In this document: positions 21,674 to 32,400 of the stretch, piece after piece
Position numbering within the stretch: position 1 is the first letter of the stretch
How the letters are laid out: each line of letters opens with the position of its first letter
Virus record (IMG/VR): IMGVR_UViG_3300012936_003649
Location: 1 to 64,000 of that record
Direction: 5' to 3' (one strand)
DNA: 64,000 bases
From: a virus
Made by a program: the position numbers and the translations under genes
The notes under the pieces: model-generated
Databases searched by the model: none
Told to the model about the DNA's origin: nothing
The model's input: only the letters and a program-made list of their open reading frames with translations

Positions 21674-23490
21674 TGGCGTATAAACTAAACAAAACAGACG
21701 GCACGTTACTAGTAGATTTAATTGACGGTACTATTGATGTTAATAGTACATCTCTTACATTAGTAGGTAGAAATTATACAGGATACGGTGAAGCATTTAA
21801 TGAAAATTTTATAAAATTATTAGAGAACTTTAGTAATGCTAATTCACCTATCAATCCTATTAAAGGACAACTTTGGTGGGACACAACAGAAGCACGTCTT
21901 AAAGTTTATGAAGGTTCTGTATTTAAAGCAGTAGGTGGACCTTTTGTTCAAAAAGATCAACCCGCAATGGTTGCTGGTGATTTATGGATGGACAATGTTA
22001 ACAATCAACTTTATTTTTTCGATGGAACTGATTTAGTATTAGCAGGACCTATTTACAAAGCAGGACAAGGTGAAACAGGATTTAGAATTGAAAGTGTACT
22101 TGATACTCAAGATAGAAGTCGTACACTTGCAAGTTTGTATTTAGGTAACGGCACTGACGGTACTACTTCTAGAGCCGCTGTAATTAGTAATGTAGAATTT
22201 ACACCGGCAGTTGGATATGGAATAACAGGTATCACAGGAAATATCAAAAAAGGTATAAACATTATTGACAAAGATAATTTTATATTTGAAGGTACAGCAG
22301 ATGCCGCTAAAGCATTAATTAAAGCAGATGGTACAAAAGTTGGTGCAGATAATTTTGTTAGTTCAACAACAAATAATGTTGTTACAGGATCGCTTGCAGT
22401 AAGTAATTCATCAGGTATTACTATTGGACCAAATGCTAACCAAACATTAAGTATTATTGGAAACTCATTTGTTTCTGGCAATGCACAACTAGATGAAAAC
22501 TATTCAATAAGAGTTACAAGTTCAGCCGCAGGAGCACAACAAGTTGATGCTATATTCATAGACGCGGCTAATAAGCGTGTAGGTATATTTGACAATACAC
22601 CAGAATATACATTAGATGTTACAGGAGATATTCGTGTAACTGGAAATTTATTAGTAGAAGGTTCAAGTGCAAGTATAGATGTAAGTAATTTAAGAGTTGA
22701 AGACAAACAAATTGAACTTGCGATTACAAGTGATAGTACTCTTTTAACAGATGCTGGAGTCAACGATGCTGGTATGGTTATTAGAGTTACAGGTGCAGAT
22801 AAAAAATGGACTTGGTTACAAGCAACAAATAGTTGGACTACAACGGAAAATATTGATCTAACTACAGGAAACCAATACAAAATTAACGGTACATCAGTTT
22901 TAAGTGGTAATACATTAGGAGCAGGTGTTACAGCATCTAGTCTTACAACTGTAGGTACATTAGTAAACTTAGACGTTGATAATATTAATATCAACGGTAG
23001 TACAATTACAGCCGCTAGTGGAATGACGATAAATGCAAACGGTGATGTTAATTTTGCTAATCAAAAAATTACTGCTATAGCAACACCGTCAAATGCAACA
23101 GACGCGGCATCAAAACAATATGTTGATGAATCAATTGCGGCGTCGGCTATTTCATTTAGTATGGACGTTACTGGATTGAACGATACACAAATTGGATTAG
23201 TACTAAACGATCTTGTGCCTGCAGGCACTGTTGCAAACGGAACAACTGCAAGAATACATTGTACAACACTTGGCGGCGCAAGTGTTACAGGCATTGATAT
23301 TACCGCAGTTACAAGTAAATCATTTATAGCAGTAGACGCCGCAGGAGTTCAAAACGAATCAGTGTTACAAGATGTTGGTTTTGGAAGTGCAACAGGTACA
23401 GTTACGGTGACTGTGTCTAGATCATTAAAGGAGTACATCACAGCAGGTGGTAATTGGACATTTAGTCAAAACCTTACATCTAGTGTGTAA
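21673..23490 (+). CDS. Tail fibre-like protein
   Basis: 605 aa; shared N-terminal LVGRNYTGYGEAFNENFIKLLENF...GQLWWD; fibre motifs RVGIFDNTPEYTLDVTG and ATPSNATDAASKQYVD. Confidence 0.75.
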   Translation: MAYKLNKTDGTLLVDLIDGTIDVNSTSLTLVGRNYTGYGEAFNENFIKLLENFSNANSPINPIKGQLWWDTTEARLKVYEGSVFKAVGGPFVQKDQPAMVAGDLWMDNVNNQLYFFDGTDLVLAGPIYKAGQGETGFRIESVLDTQDRSRTLASLYLGNGTDGTTSRAAVISNVEFTPAVGYGITGITGNIKKGINIIDKDNFIFEGTADAAKALIKADGTKVGADNFVSSTTNNVVTGSLAVSNSSGITIGPNANQTLSIIGNSFVSGNAQLDENYSIRVTSSAAGAQQVDAIFIDAANKRVGIFDNTPEYTLDVTGDIRVTGNLLVEGSSASIDVSNLRVEDKQIELAITSDSTLLTDAGVNDAGMVIRVTGADKKWTWLQATNSWTTTENIDLTTGNQYKINGTSVLSGNTLGAGVTASSLTTVGTLVNLDVDNININGSTITAASGMTINANGDVNFANQKITAIATPSNATDAASKQYVDESIAASAISFSMDVTGLNDTQIGLVLNDLVPAGTVANGTTARIHCTTLGGASVTGIDITAVTSKSFIAVDAAGVQNESVLQDVGFGSATGTVTVTVSRSLKEYITAGGNWTFSQNLTSSV

Positions 23491-23491
23491 G

Positions 23492-23498
23492 ATAAATA
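23492..23498 (+). promoter_or_regulatory. Late-promoter-like ATAAATA
   Basis: taagATAAATAtagttataa in the intergenic gap before the third fibre gene. Confidence 0.5.
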
Positions 23499-23522
23499 TA
23501 GTTATAATTAAAGGGTTGAAAC

Positions 23523-25004
23523 ATGGCTTATACAATTAACAAATACAGCGGAGCAACACTAGTAGTAGTGCAAGACGGCACCGTTGATCTTACAACAGAT
23601 TTAACATTTGTTGGTAAGAACTATGCCGGATACGGCGAAATACAAAATGAAAACTTTTTGTTTTTATTAGAAAACTTTAGCGGAACTTCACAACCGCCAA
23701 AACCAGTCAGCGGGCAAATATGGCATGATTCAACAAACGGAAAAATTAAATTCTACGATGGTACAAAATTTAAAACTACAGGCGGTGCAGAAGTTTCAAC
23801 CACACAGCCAACAGGTTTAACAGCAGGAGATTTTTGGTGGGATTCAGGTAATAGCCAACTTTATACTTATAATGGTACATCATTTGTATTAGTAGGACCT
23901 CAAGGAGCAGGTTCCGGATTAACACAGATGCAGAGTAAAACAGTTCGTGATATCTCAAATGTTAACCACAGTGTGATTGCCGCAACAATTGAAGATGAAA
24001 TTATTTACATTATAAGCGGGCAAGAATTTACTATTGATAGCACAGATCCTTTAAACGCTATAACAGGATTTGATGTAGTTAAGAAAGGCTTAACACTTGT
24101 TAACACAACTGATGCAACTAATGGTGTAACTACACCTGCAGGACATTATTATTGGGGAACAGCAAGTAATGCCTTAAAACTAAATGGTTTAGAAGCAAGC
24201 AGTTTTGTACAAAGTTCTCCAGGCGTAGCAACTGAGTTTACTGATATTGTAAGATTTCCAGACGCAGGTATAACAGTAGGTGATCAAAACGACTTACACA
24301 TCTACATCGAAAATGGTAACCAAGGTGTTATTGCAAACGAAGTTGGTACAAATAATATTATAAGATTCAAAACAAGCAATGCTAATAGTGTGCAAACAAA
24401 TAGTGTTATAATCCAGTCAACAGGAATGAATCCTGGTTCAACAAGCACATACACATTAGGATCAAGTATTGCAAAATGGTCAAACGTTTGGGCAGATAAC
24501 TTCCAAGGCAATGCATCAAGTGCAAGTGCTATTAGATTTAATAGTGCAGATTATGCAGGAGATACAAGTGCTATTGCAAGTACAACAGCATTAAGAGATA
24601 GTTCGGGCGATTTACATGCTAATTTCTTTAGAGGAACTGCAACACAAGCACAATACGCAGACCTTGCAGAAAATTATGAAACAAATGAGCATTTACCAAT
24701 TGGAACAGTAGTAGCAGTAGGCGGAGAAAAAGAAGTTCGTCCAGCAAAAGTAAGTGATTTTGCTATAGGTGTTATTTCAGAATCACCAGCATATTTAATG
24801 AATAGTATGTCCGAAGGACAGGCAGTCGGCTTAAAAGGTCGTTTGCCAGTAAGAGTAAAAGGTCCAGTATCAAAAGGACAAGCAGTTTATGCATGGCAGG
24901 ACGGTGTTGCTTCAACTATTGCTAGTAACGGATTAGTAGGTGTTGCATTAGAATCAAGCACTTCTGATACGGAGCAGTTAATAGAGTGTGTTTTAAAAGT
25001 ATAA
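23523..25004 (+). CDS. Tail fibre-like protein with C-terminal intramolecular chaperone/autocleavage-like domain
   Basis: 493 aa; shared N-terminus; C-terminal AQYADLAENY...GVISESPAYLMN...VGLKGRLPVRVKGPVSKG resembles peptidase G2/IMC-type fibre chaperone domains. Confidence 0.7.
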   Translation: MAYTINKYSGATLVVVQDGTVDLTTDLTFVGKNYAGYGEIQNENFLFLLENFSGTSQPPKPVSGQIWHDSTNGKIKFYDGTKFKTTGGAEVSTTQPTGLTAGDFWWDSGNSQLYTYNGTSFVLVGPQGAGSGLTQMQSKTVRDISNVNHSVIAATIEDEIIYIISGQEFTIDSTDPLNAITGFDVVKKGLTLVNTTDATNGVTTPAGHYYWGTASNALKLNGLEASSFVQSSPGVATEFTDIVRFPDAGITVGDQNDLHIYIENGNQGVIANEVGTNNIIRFKTSNANSVQTNSVIIQSTGMNPGSTSTYTLGSSIAKWSNVWADNFQGNASSASAIRFNSADYAGDTSAIASTTALRDSSGDLHANFFRGTATQAQYADLAENYETNEHLPIGTVVAVGGEKEVRPAKVSDFAIGVISESPAYLMNSMSEGQAVGLKGRLPVRVKGPVSKGQAVYAWQDGVASTIASNGLVGVALESSTSDTEQLIECVLKV

Positions 25005-25007
25005 ATA
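25000..25007 (+). promoter_or_regulatory. T4-type late promoter TATAAATA
   Basis: Exact T4 gp55 consensus overlapping the upstream stop; AAGGA RBS before ATG 25036. Confidence 0.65.
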
Positions 25008-25035
25008 TTAAAACACGTATATAAAGGAAGTAAGC

Positions 25036-25944
25036 ATGGCAGTTGGCGATTTAATTACAGCCGCAAGATACAACAACGCACAAGGAAGAGTAAGTGCAAT
25101 TCTTGGTAATGGATCAGGCAATGAAGGCTATGGTCAAACTGTTAATAGTCAGCAAGTTTCAAGCAATGTTGTAATTGATGCAACGCATGTAAACGCTATG
25201 TTTACAGATTTAAAAAATATTTTTGTTCATCAGACAGGTGGTAATCCAAATTCTATTGCAGAAGTAGAAGTAGGCGATACTGTCGCTGAAGATACCAGTG
25301 GAGCAGACACAAAAGAAGGCTTCAAAGATTACGAAGATTTTATAGGCATAATAGAAACATCAGCAAACAGGTTTAGATTGGCATCAGCACAAAGTAGTGT
25401 AGTCGCTAGTGCAGAAACAATTCAACGCAGGAACCAATGGACAGCACCAATTGAGTGTGAATTTCAAATTGCATTTGCAGATGGCGATGCACGTAGACAT
25501 TTTTTTAATGCTGGTGGATCTTTAACTTTTATAAGTTCATTAAGTGGAACTCCTACTTCAGGAGATAGTGTTGCAAAAAGTCAAGACTGGGCCGCAATAC
25601 TCGGAAATGCAGGAACAGTGTCTATGAATCACGATATAACAACAACATCTGGAACGGGTGTTGTACAAAATATTGGAAATTTTGACTTAACAACTTCGTA
25701 TCAAGAAATATATAGAAAATCAGCAACTGGAGTTTATGGCAATAATAACTATATTCTTTCTGCCAAGGCTCCTACTAGTTCTACGATAAGAGTGAAATAC
25801 GAATTTTATGATGACAACCCGGGTGGTTTCAAAATTGATGAACCAGTTCAAGGATTATTAGAAGCCAAAATAGGATTTGTGAGAGCAAGTGGATCTTTTG
25901 TTGATACCCCAGCACCAGCATTTTCGGCTACAGATAGTCTTTGA
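25036..25944 (+). CDS. Putative virion structural protein (paralog 1)
   Basis: 302 aa; MAVGDLITAARYNN...GYGQ...DARRHFFNAGG; clear paralog of next gene. Confidence 0.6.
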   Translation: MAVGDLITAARYNNAQGRVSAILGNGSGNEGYGQTVNSQQVSSNVVIDATHVNAMFTDLKNIFVHQTGGNPNSIAEVEVGDTVAEDTSGADTKEGFKDYEDFIGIIETSANRFRLASAQSSVVASAETIQRRNQWTAPIECEFQIAFADGDARRHFFNAGGSLTFISSLSGTPTSGDSVAKSQDWAAILGNAGTVSMNHDITTTSGTGVVQNIGNFDLTTSYQEIYRKSATGVYGNNNYILSAKAPTSSTIRVKYEFYDDNPGGFKIDEPVQGLLEAKIGFVRASGSFVDTPAPAFSATDSL

Positions 25945-25969
25945 CATAATTAACATAGTATAGTATAAT
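25941..25969 (+). promoter_or_regulatory. Perfect sigma70 promoter TTGACA-N17-TATAAT
   Basis: TTGACA 25941-25946, TATAAT 25964-25969, GGAG RBS before ATG 25998. Confidence 0.8.
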
Positions 25970-25997
25970 ATTACTATACAATTGGAGAGAAGAGTAA

Positions 25998-26957
25998 ATG
26001 GCCGTTGGTGATTTAATTACCGCAACTAGATATAATAATTTACAAACAAGAGTAGAAAATATTCTTGCTAATGGATCTGGTTCGGAAGGATATGGAGAAA
26101 GTACAGCAAGTAATCAGGTCTCTGTAGGTAATGATGTCACAGCAACACACCTTAATCAATTATTCACTGATATTGATAGGATTAGCAGACACCAAACAAA
26201 TCAAAGCGCCGCTGGTACAATAGCACAAGCGGCAATAGGTGATATTATTGCAGATGAGACAAGTGATAACCCAGACGGAGTACTAAAAGGTTTTGCTGAT
26301 TACGAAAATACTATGACAGTATTAGAAGGCAACCCAAATAGATTTAGATTATCAGCATTACAAAGTACTTCAGGCACTGACCCTGACACATTAACATTTG
26401 GTCCTACACAATGGAGAGATGCATTAAATGGTTATGTTAGAGTAGTGTTTGCTAGTGCAGATGCACGTAGACACTATTTTAATGCTGGTGGTATAATTAC
26501 ATTTGTAAGTAGTTTGACAAGCACAGCGTCAGGTGAAAATGTTGCTAAAACAAATGATTGGTCGACTATGCTTTCTAATGCAGGTACAGTATCTTTTGGT
26601 TACAACTATACTTCAACTAGTAATTCAGGAACAGGAAGTGCAATAGGAAACTTTCAATTAACTTCATCTGAACAACAACTTTTTAGAAAACCAGGTTCTG
26701 GATTGTATGCAGACAATAACTATTACATTAGAGGTAAAGAAGTCAATAGTAGCACAATTGAATTCCGTATTTGGATGTCAGATACAGATACAGGAACTGC
26801 ACCATTTGGACCTAACAATGCTAAAGGATTTGTAGCAGTTGATGAATATGTAGTAGGCAATCTTGTTACTACAGTTGGTTTTAAAAGAGCCAGCGGTTCT
26901 TATGTTGACACACCATTACCTGCAATTAATAGACACTCCAATTTTAGTGGTAGTTAA
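25998..26957 (+). CDS. Putative virion structural protein (paralog 2)
   Basis: 319 aa; MAVGDLITATRYNN...GYGE...DARRHYFNAGG. Confidence 0.6.
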   Translation: MAVGDLITATRYNNLQTRVENILANGSGSEGYGESTASNQVSVGNDVTATHLNQLFTDIDRISRHQTNQSAAGTIAQAAIGDIIADETSDNPDGVLKGFADYENTMTVLEGNPNRFRLSALQSTSGTDPDTLTFGPTQWRDALNGYVRVVFASADARRHYFNAGGIITFVSSLTSTASGENVAKTNDWSTMLSNAGTVSFGYNYTSTSNSGTGSAIGNFQLTSSEQQLFRKPGSGLYADNNYYIRGKEVNSSTIEFRIWMSDTDTGTAPFGPNNAKGFVAVDEYVVGNLVTTVGFKRASGSYVDTPLPAINRHSNFSGS

Positions 26958-26960
26958 TAC

Positions 26961-26989
26961 TTGACTTTCTGACAGATTTGTCATATAAT
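26961..26989 (+). promoter_or_regulatory. sigma70 promoter TTGACT-N17-TATAAT with a TGACA-N4-TGTCA inverted repeat in the spacer
   Basis: TTGACT 26961-26966, TATAAT 26984-26989; tgacagatttgtca at 26970-26983; heads the enzyme cluster. Confidence 0.75.
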
Positions 26990-27008
26990 ACTATTATATG
27001 GAGAAATT

Positions 27009-27344
27009 ATGGATCAACGTCTCAAAAAAGCATTAGAACATGCAGACTATGTCTCAACATTCAAAAATCAAAAACGTATACTACAAGAAAAATACACGAA
27101 AGAATCTACAGTATATTATCAAGGCGGACAATTTACTGCAACTAGAGAATTTATTGCAAGTGTTCTAGCAATAAAATGTGATATTTTTGTAGACAATAAT
27201 AATACTCCTATAAAAATTACAAACAAAGAAGCGTTTTACAACGAATTAGTCACAGCATACACAACTGCAAATGAAAATTACTATACAGAGTATCAAAAAA
27301 TAATTGATAGCGAAAGAACTGTGCAAGGAATATTAAATGTCTAA
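27009..27344 (+). CDS. Hypothetical protein (possible fibre assembly/chaperone-like)
   Basis: 111 aa ORF with GGAG RBS; overlaps next gene. Confidence 0.55.
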   Translation: MDQRLKKALEHADYVSTFKNQKRILQEKYTKESTVYYQGGQFTATREFIASVLAIKCDIFVDNNNTPIKITNKEAFYNELVTAYTTANENYYTEYQKIIDSERTVQGILNV

Positions 27345-28125
27345 GGGCATACTTGTACACGCATTCAATAATGAAGAAATAGATTACGTCAAGCAAGCAT
27401 GTATGGTTGCAGAACGTGTAAAAAAGTATCTTGATCTTCCTACAAGTGTTATAACTGATTGTAAAGTGCCAAAAAATGTTTTCGACCATGTAATTGAATT
27501 TGACACTCCGCAAAGATACACTAGAAAGTTGTATAATAACGGAAATCACGGAAAACATTTAACCTTTAAAAATAATGCAAGAGTTTTAAGTTACGATTTA
27601 TCACCGTATAAGCAAACACTAATGATTGATAGTGATATAATCATATGTGATGATGTTTATAAAAACTGTTTTGAACAAGATAATCCTTTATTGATGTATA
27701 AAGATGCATATCATATAGGACAAAATTTAGATTATAGAGAATTTAATAAAATAAGCGATTCAAGTGTAGATTTTTATTGGGCAACTTGTGTATATTTTGT
27801 AAAATGTAAACAAAACAAAATATTTTTTGATTTGCTACAGCATATTGAAGAGCAATGGCGTCATTATAGAATGTTATATCAAATAGTACAGCGAACATAC
27901 CGCAATGACTTTGCTTTTAGTATAGGTGCCCACATTATGAATAATCATTCTAAAGGCAACTTTGTCAATCCTATGCCAGGAAAACTTTTTTACACTATAG
28001 ACAAAGACATTACACACGAAATAAAACAAGATAAACTAACTTTTTTAATTGATAATAATCCAATTGCTACAAAAGGACTTACTGTACATGCTATGAACAA
28101 ATATAGTTTAGAGGAATTACTATGA
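27337..28125 (+). CDS. Nucleotide-diphospho-sugar transferase (GT-A fold, GT8-like)
   Basis: GILVHAFN N-terminal strand, YDLSPYKQTLMIDSD DxD motif, YRNDFAF. Confidence 0.75.
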   Translation: MSKGILVHAFNNEEIDYVKQACMVAERVKKYLDLPTSVITDCKVPKNVFDHVIEFDTPQRYTRKLYNNGNHGKHLTFKNNARVLSYDLSPYKQTLMIDSDIIICDDVYKNCFEQDNPLLMYKDAYHIGQNLDYREFNKISDSSVDFYWATCVYFVKCKQNKIFFDLLQHIEEQWRHYRMLYQIVQRTYRNDFAFSIGAHIMNNHSKGNFVNPMPGKLFYTIDKDITHEIKQDKLTFLIDNNPIATKGLTVHAMNKYSLEELL

Positions 28126-28928
28126 AACAAGGTGTATTAATATTTGCACAAAATAACCAAACAGATGATTATGTAAAACAAGCATACTTGTGTGCAATGA
28201 GTGGTATGAAAAACGGAAATATGCATTTTACACTAGTGACTGACAAAGAAGTTGAGGAAAAAATTGCATTTGTATTTGATAAGGTTATTTTGTTAAAGCA
28301 TGACCAAGCAAAAAACAGCGAATGGAAAATAGAAAATAGATGGAAAGCCTATAATCTTTCTCCATATGACGAAACAATAGTTGTTGACAGTGATGTTTTA
28401 TTTTTAGAAAAAATAAATTGGTCTAAATTTAAGGATCAAGAACTTTACTTTACACAAAATCCAATTACATATAGACAAGAACCTATTAATGACACTTACT
28501 ATAGAAAAGTTTTCTCACAAAATTACTTGATTAATATATATGCAGGATTATATTACTTCAAAAAAACAAAACGTGTAGCAAATTTTTTTGCATTATTGGA
28601 AACTGTCATAGAAAATTGGCAAGATTTTTATGAAATATTTTGTAAAAACCATAAACCAAAACATTGTAGTATTGATGTTTGTGCCGCTATTGTATTAGAA
28701 CTTATGGAATATGATAATTTTCAAGATGTTGACTTGATTGATTTTGTACACATGAAATTACACGCACAAAATTGGGTAGACACAAGTGAACATTGGCAAC
28801 AGAAAGTTGATTGGTATTTTAATGATGGTTTAAAAATTGGTAATCACCAACAACACGGAGTATTTCATTACACTGAAAAAGACTTCTGTGACAAAATACT
28901 AGCAAGGTATGAAAAGTGTACTGGTTAA
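28122..28928 (+). CDS. Nucleotide-diphospho-sugar transferase (GT-A fold, GT8-like), paralog
   Basis: GVLIFAQN, YNLSPYDETIVVDSD DxD motif, FVHMK, FHYTEK. Confidence 0.75.
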   Translation: MKQGVLIFAQNNQTDDYVKQAYLCAMSGMKNGNMHFTLVTDKEVEEKIAFVFDKVILLKHDQAKNSEWKIENRWKAYNLSPYDETIVVDSDVLFLEKINWSKFKDQELYFTQNPITYRQEPINDTYYRKVFSQNYLINIYAGLYYFKKTKRVANFFALLETVIENWQDFYEIFCKNHKPKHCSIDVCAAIVLELMEYDNFQDVDLIDFVHMKLHAQNWVDTSEHWQQKVDWYFNDGLKIGNHQQHGVFHYTEKDFCDKILARYEKCTG

Positions 28929-29443
28929 TATTTGATAAAGATTCTAGTAAAATTATAGGTTTACAAAACTACGCTCCAGATCATCAATATGCTTTGGAAG
29001 TCAACGAAGATTTGTATGTTGATTTTATTGAAAATCCTGATAAAAAAGAAAATTATGTTGTTAAATTTGATTTGGCAAAAAAGAAATATACATTATTAGA
29101 ATATGAACAGCCAAAATTTAATTATGATATAAAAGACATAATTTATCATATTCCTAAAAAGGATAACGCAGATTGTATGATTACAAGAAACACTGAATGG
29201 CGTAATTGGAAATTATACGTCAATGTGAAAGAAAAACTTTTGTTAAATCCTAATCAACTATGCAAGTTTAGCGTAACAAAAGAAAATGATCCTCACTTGC
29301 TTATTAGAACATTTGATGCTACGGTAGAGCAAATAGCAAACGGACACATAGTTCAGTTCGAGTATGATGAAGAAGAAGGTGATGTAAGTATATACACACC
29401 AAAGATATTTAATAGTTACGGATATGTAGATGAAGCAATTTAA
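28916..29443 (+). CDS. Hypothetical protein
   Basis: 175 aa ORF overlapping both neighbours. Confidence 0.6.
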   Translation: MYWLIFDKDSSKIIGLQNYAPDHQYALEVNEDLYVDFIENPDKKENYVVKFDLAKKKYTLLEYEQPKFNYDIKDIIYHIPKKDNADCMITRNTEWRNWKLYVNVKEKLLLNPNQLCKFSVTKENDPHLLIRTFDATVEQIANGHIVQFEYDEEEGDVSIYTPKIFNSYGYVDEAI

Positions 29444-32400
29444 AGTTTTAGATTATGACATAATATATTTGTCGTATGATGAGCCAAATGCAGAAGAAAA
29501 TTACACTAACTTATTAACAAAAGTTCCGTGGGCAAAACGTATTCATGGTGTAGAAGGATCTGATGCCGCACATAAGGCATGTGCAGAAATATCTGATACT
29601 AAAAGATTTATTACTATTGACGGTGACAACCAAATAGATGAACAATTCTTAAATCAAACAATTAACTTTCAAGAAGGAGTAGACCTTTCTAGGCATGTTG
29701 TAAGTTGGACTGCTGATAATATAATTAATGGATTACGGTATGGCAATGGCGGAATAAAATGTTGGGATAGAGAAACAGTCCTAAAAATGAAAACACATGA
29801 AAATGCAGATCCTGATAACATTGCGGCAGGTATTGATTTTTGTTGGGACTTAGAATATATCCAAATTAACAGTTTGATGAGTACAGTTCACAATAATGCT
29901 ACTCCACATCAAGCATGGCGTGCCGGCTTCCGTGAAGGTGTTAAAATGTGTTTAGTTGAAGGTATAAAACCTGCGAAAAAAGAACTTATAGGAAATCATT
30001 GGAAGAATTTAGAAAGACTATATGTTTGGTGTATGGCAGGAGCAGACGTACCTAACGGACTATGGGCAATATACGGAGCCAGAGAAGGCTTACATAAAAC
30101 AATGTGTACAGATTGGGATTATGTAAATGTACGTGATTTTGAATATCTTAATAATTTATGGAAAGAAAAAATACAAACAGAAGATGACTTGTTAGACGCA
30201 TGTAAAGATTATGGTGAACGTATTCTTGCAGAAATAGAATTACCTATTGCTGTAACGCCCTTAGACGCTCAACAAAGCGTTTTCTTTAAGAAAACATATC
30301 GCAACCCACCAAGACCTGAACATCCTTATATACGTACAAATACAACGCAATTTAACACCTTTTCTTCTAACTTTATTCCTACTAAAAAAACAGAATATGA
30401 TATAGTAATGATATCATATGACGAAGCAAATGCCGATGAAAATTTTAACAAATTAAAAACACGTTTTCCAAGAGCCCAACGTATACATGGAGTAAAAGGA
30501 ATACATCAAGCACATATTGCGGCGGCAAATTTATGTTCAACTGAAATGTTTTGGATTGTAGATGGAGATGCTATAATAGATGACAATTTTAATTTTGATT
30601 ATGTCGCTGAAGATAACAGAGCAGTACATGTATGGCGTAGTAAAAATCCTATAAATGATTTAGTGTATGGATATGGCGGAGTAAAATTATTTCCTACACA
30701 AATGACACGTGATATGGATACAAGCCGTCCTGATATGACTACAAGTATCAGTGACAGATTCAAAAAGATGGAAAAAATATCTTGCATCACAGGATTTAAT
30801 ACAAGTGAATTTAGTACTTGGCGTAGTGCATTTAGAGAATGTGCTAAATTAGCAAGTAAAGTTATTGACAGACAAAAGGAGGACGAAACAAATGAAAGAC
30901 TCAAAACTTGGACAACCGTGGGACACGATAGACCATTTGGGGAATATGCTTTGGCAGGCGCTACCGCTGGTATGGAGTTTGGCCTTTCTAGGGGGTCTGA
31001 TCTTCGGCTGATAAATGATTTTAATTGGTTATATGAACAGTTTACTGAAACTACAGATACAACAGAAGAATGGCAACATATGTATGGCGATAAAACAAAC
31101 ACGCCTGTTTCTGAACCAGTTGATATAGAACCAGTAGAAATACAAGCAGATACCGAATGGAAACAAACAGTACCTTTCAAAGAGGATGAACCACTTCCTC
31201 CTCGTGATAATTTTATTGTAGATTTACTAGATAGATTTGAAATACTTTATGGAGATAAGGTTACTAATCTTAGACGATTTTATAATGACGGACACATGTT
31301 AGATATATTACGTATAATTGGTAATGAAGATTTACGTAAATTTGTAGAAGAAAGAAACTATCATAGTTTATTTAGATACCTAGAAGATAAAGGTATTGAA
31401 GATATTGAAGATATACGGAAAATGTATATTGAAAAAAATGTTCATAGTTTGTTTAGACTACTTGGTGAAGATCATGACGAACTACGCAAAGTTGTTACTG
31501 AAGATAATGTCCATAGTTTATTTAGACTGGTTGGTGATGAACATGAAGATTTACGTAAAACAGTAGTTGAAGAAAATTTACATAGCCTGTTTAGATTGCT
31601 TGGAGACAAACATGAAGATCTAAGACAAGTTGTAGTACAAGAAAATATAGCACATCTATTTGATATGTTAGGTCCTGACTATGAAGATTTACGCAAAGCA
31701 ATATTTGATAAAAATATCTACAGTCTGTTTAGAGTACTAGGACCAAATCATGATAACATGCGTTCAGCAATGTTAGATAAAAATTTACACGGATTGTTTA
31801 GGGTGTTAGGTAATGAATATGAAGATTTACGTAAAGCAACATTAGAAAAAAACTTCCATGCGTTATTTAGAGTATTAGGTGATGAATACGAAGATTTACG
31901 TAAAGCAGTTACAGAAAAAAATGTTCATAGTCTATTTAGGCTTATAGATAATAGTGATACTACAGAAGATTTAAGGAAAGCATTAGTTGAATCTAATGAA
32001 ATGAGTCTGTTTAGATTAATAGAAGACAAAGACACTTTAGTAGAAGATATTAAGAAAGCAGGACTATTTAAAAATATTTGGAGTATAAAAAGATTAGAGC
32101 CTAGTGTCACTGACGAAGTTAATCTTACTATGGATAATAACAGGCATGCTTTATGGCGTGTGTTGGAAAAACATACAGGTAGTTTATATGTTAAACCATT
32201 AGAAATACTTGATAAGCAAAACATTAATTATGATAAAGATGTTATGAGTCGTGGACAATTAAAAAGTAAAAAATGGTTAGTTGAAGAAGTTAAAAAAGTT
32301 TGTCCTGATTTAGGAACTGTATTTTTATGTGCAGGCTGGTATAGTAGTGTTGTGCCTATGTTGCAGGAAGCCAAAATAGATTTTGAAAAAATAAGAAGTT

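Noticed and set aside
19649-26957. Diversity-generating retroelement or invertible fibre cassette
   Set aside because: No reverse transcriptase, invertase or near-identical template/variable repeat pair seen; paralogy is old and at protein level
31326-32170. 69-nt periodicity as a CRISPR array
   Set aside because: Degenerate in a codon-wise manner inside an open frame; no invariant repeat with unique spacers; no cas genes
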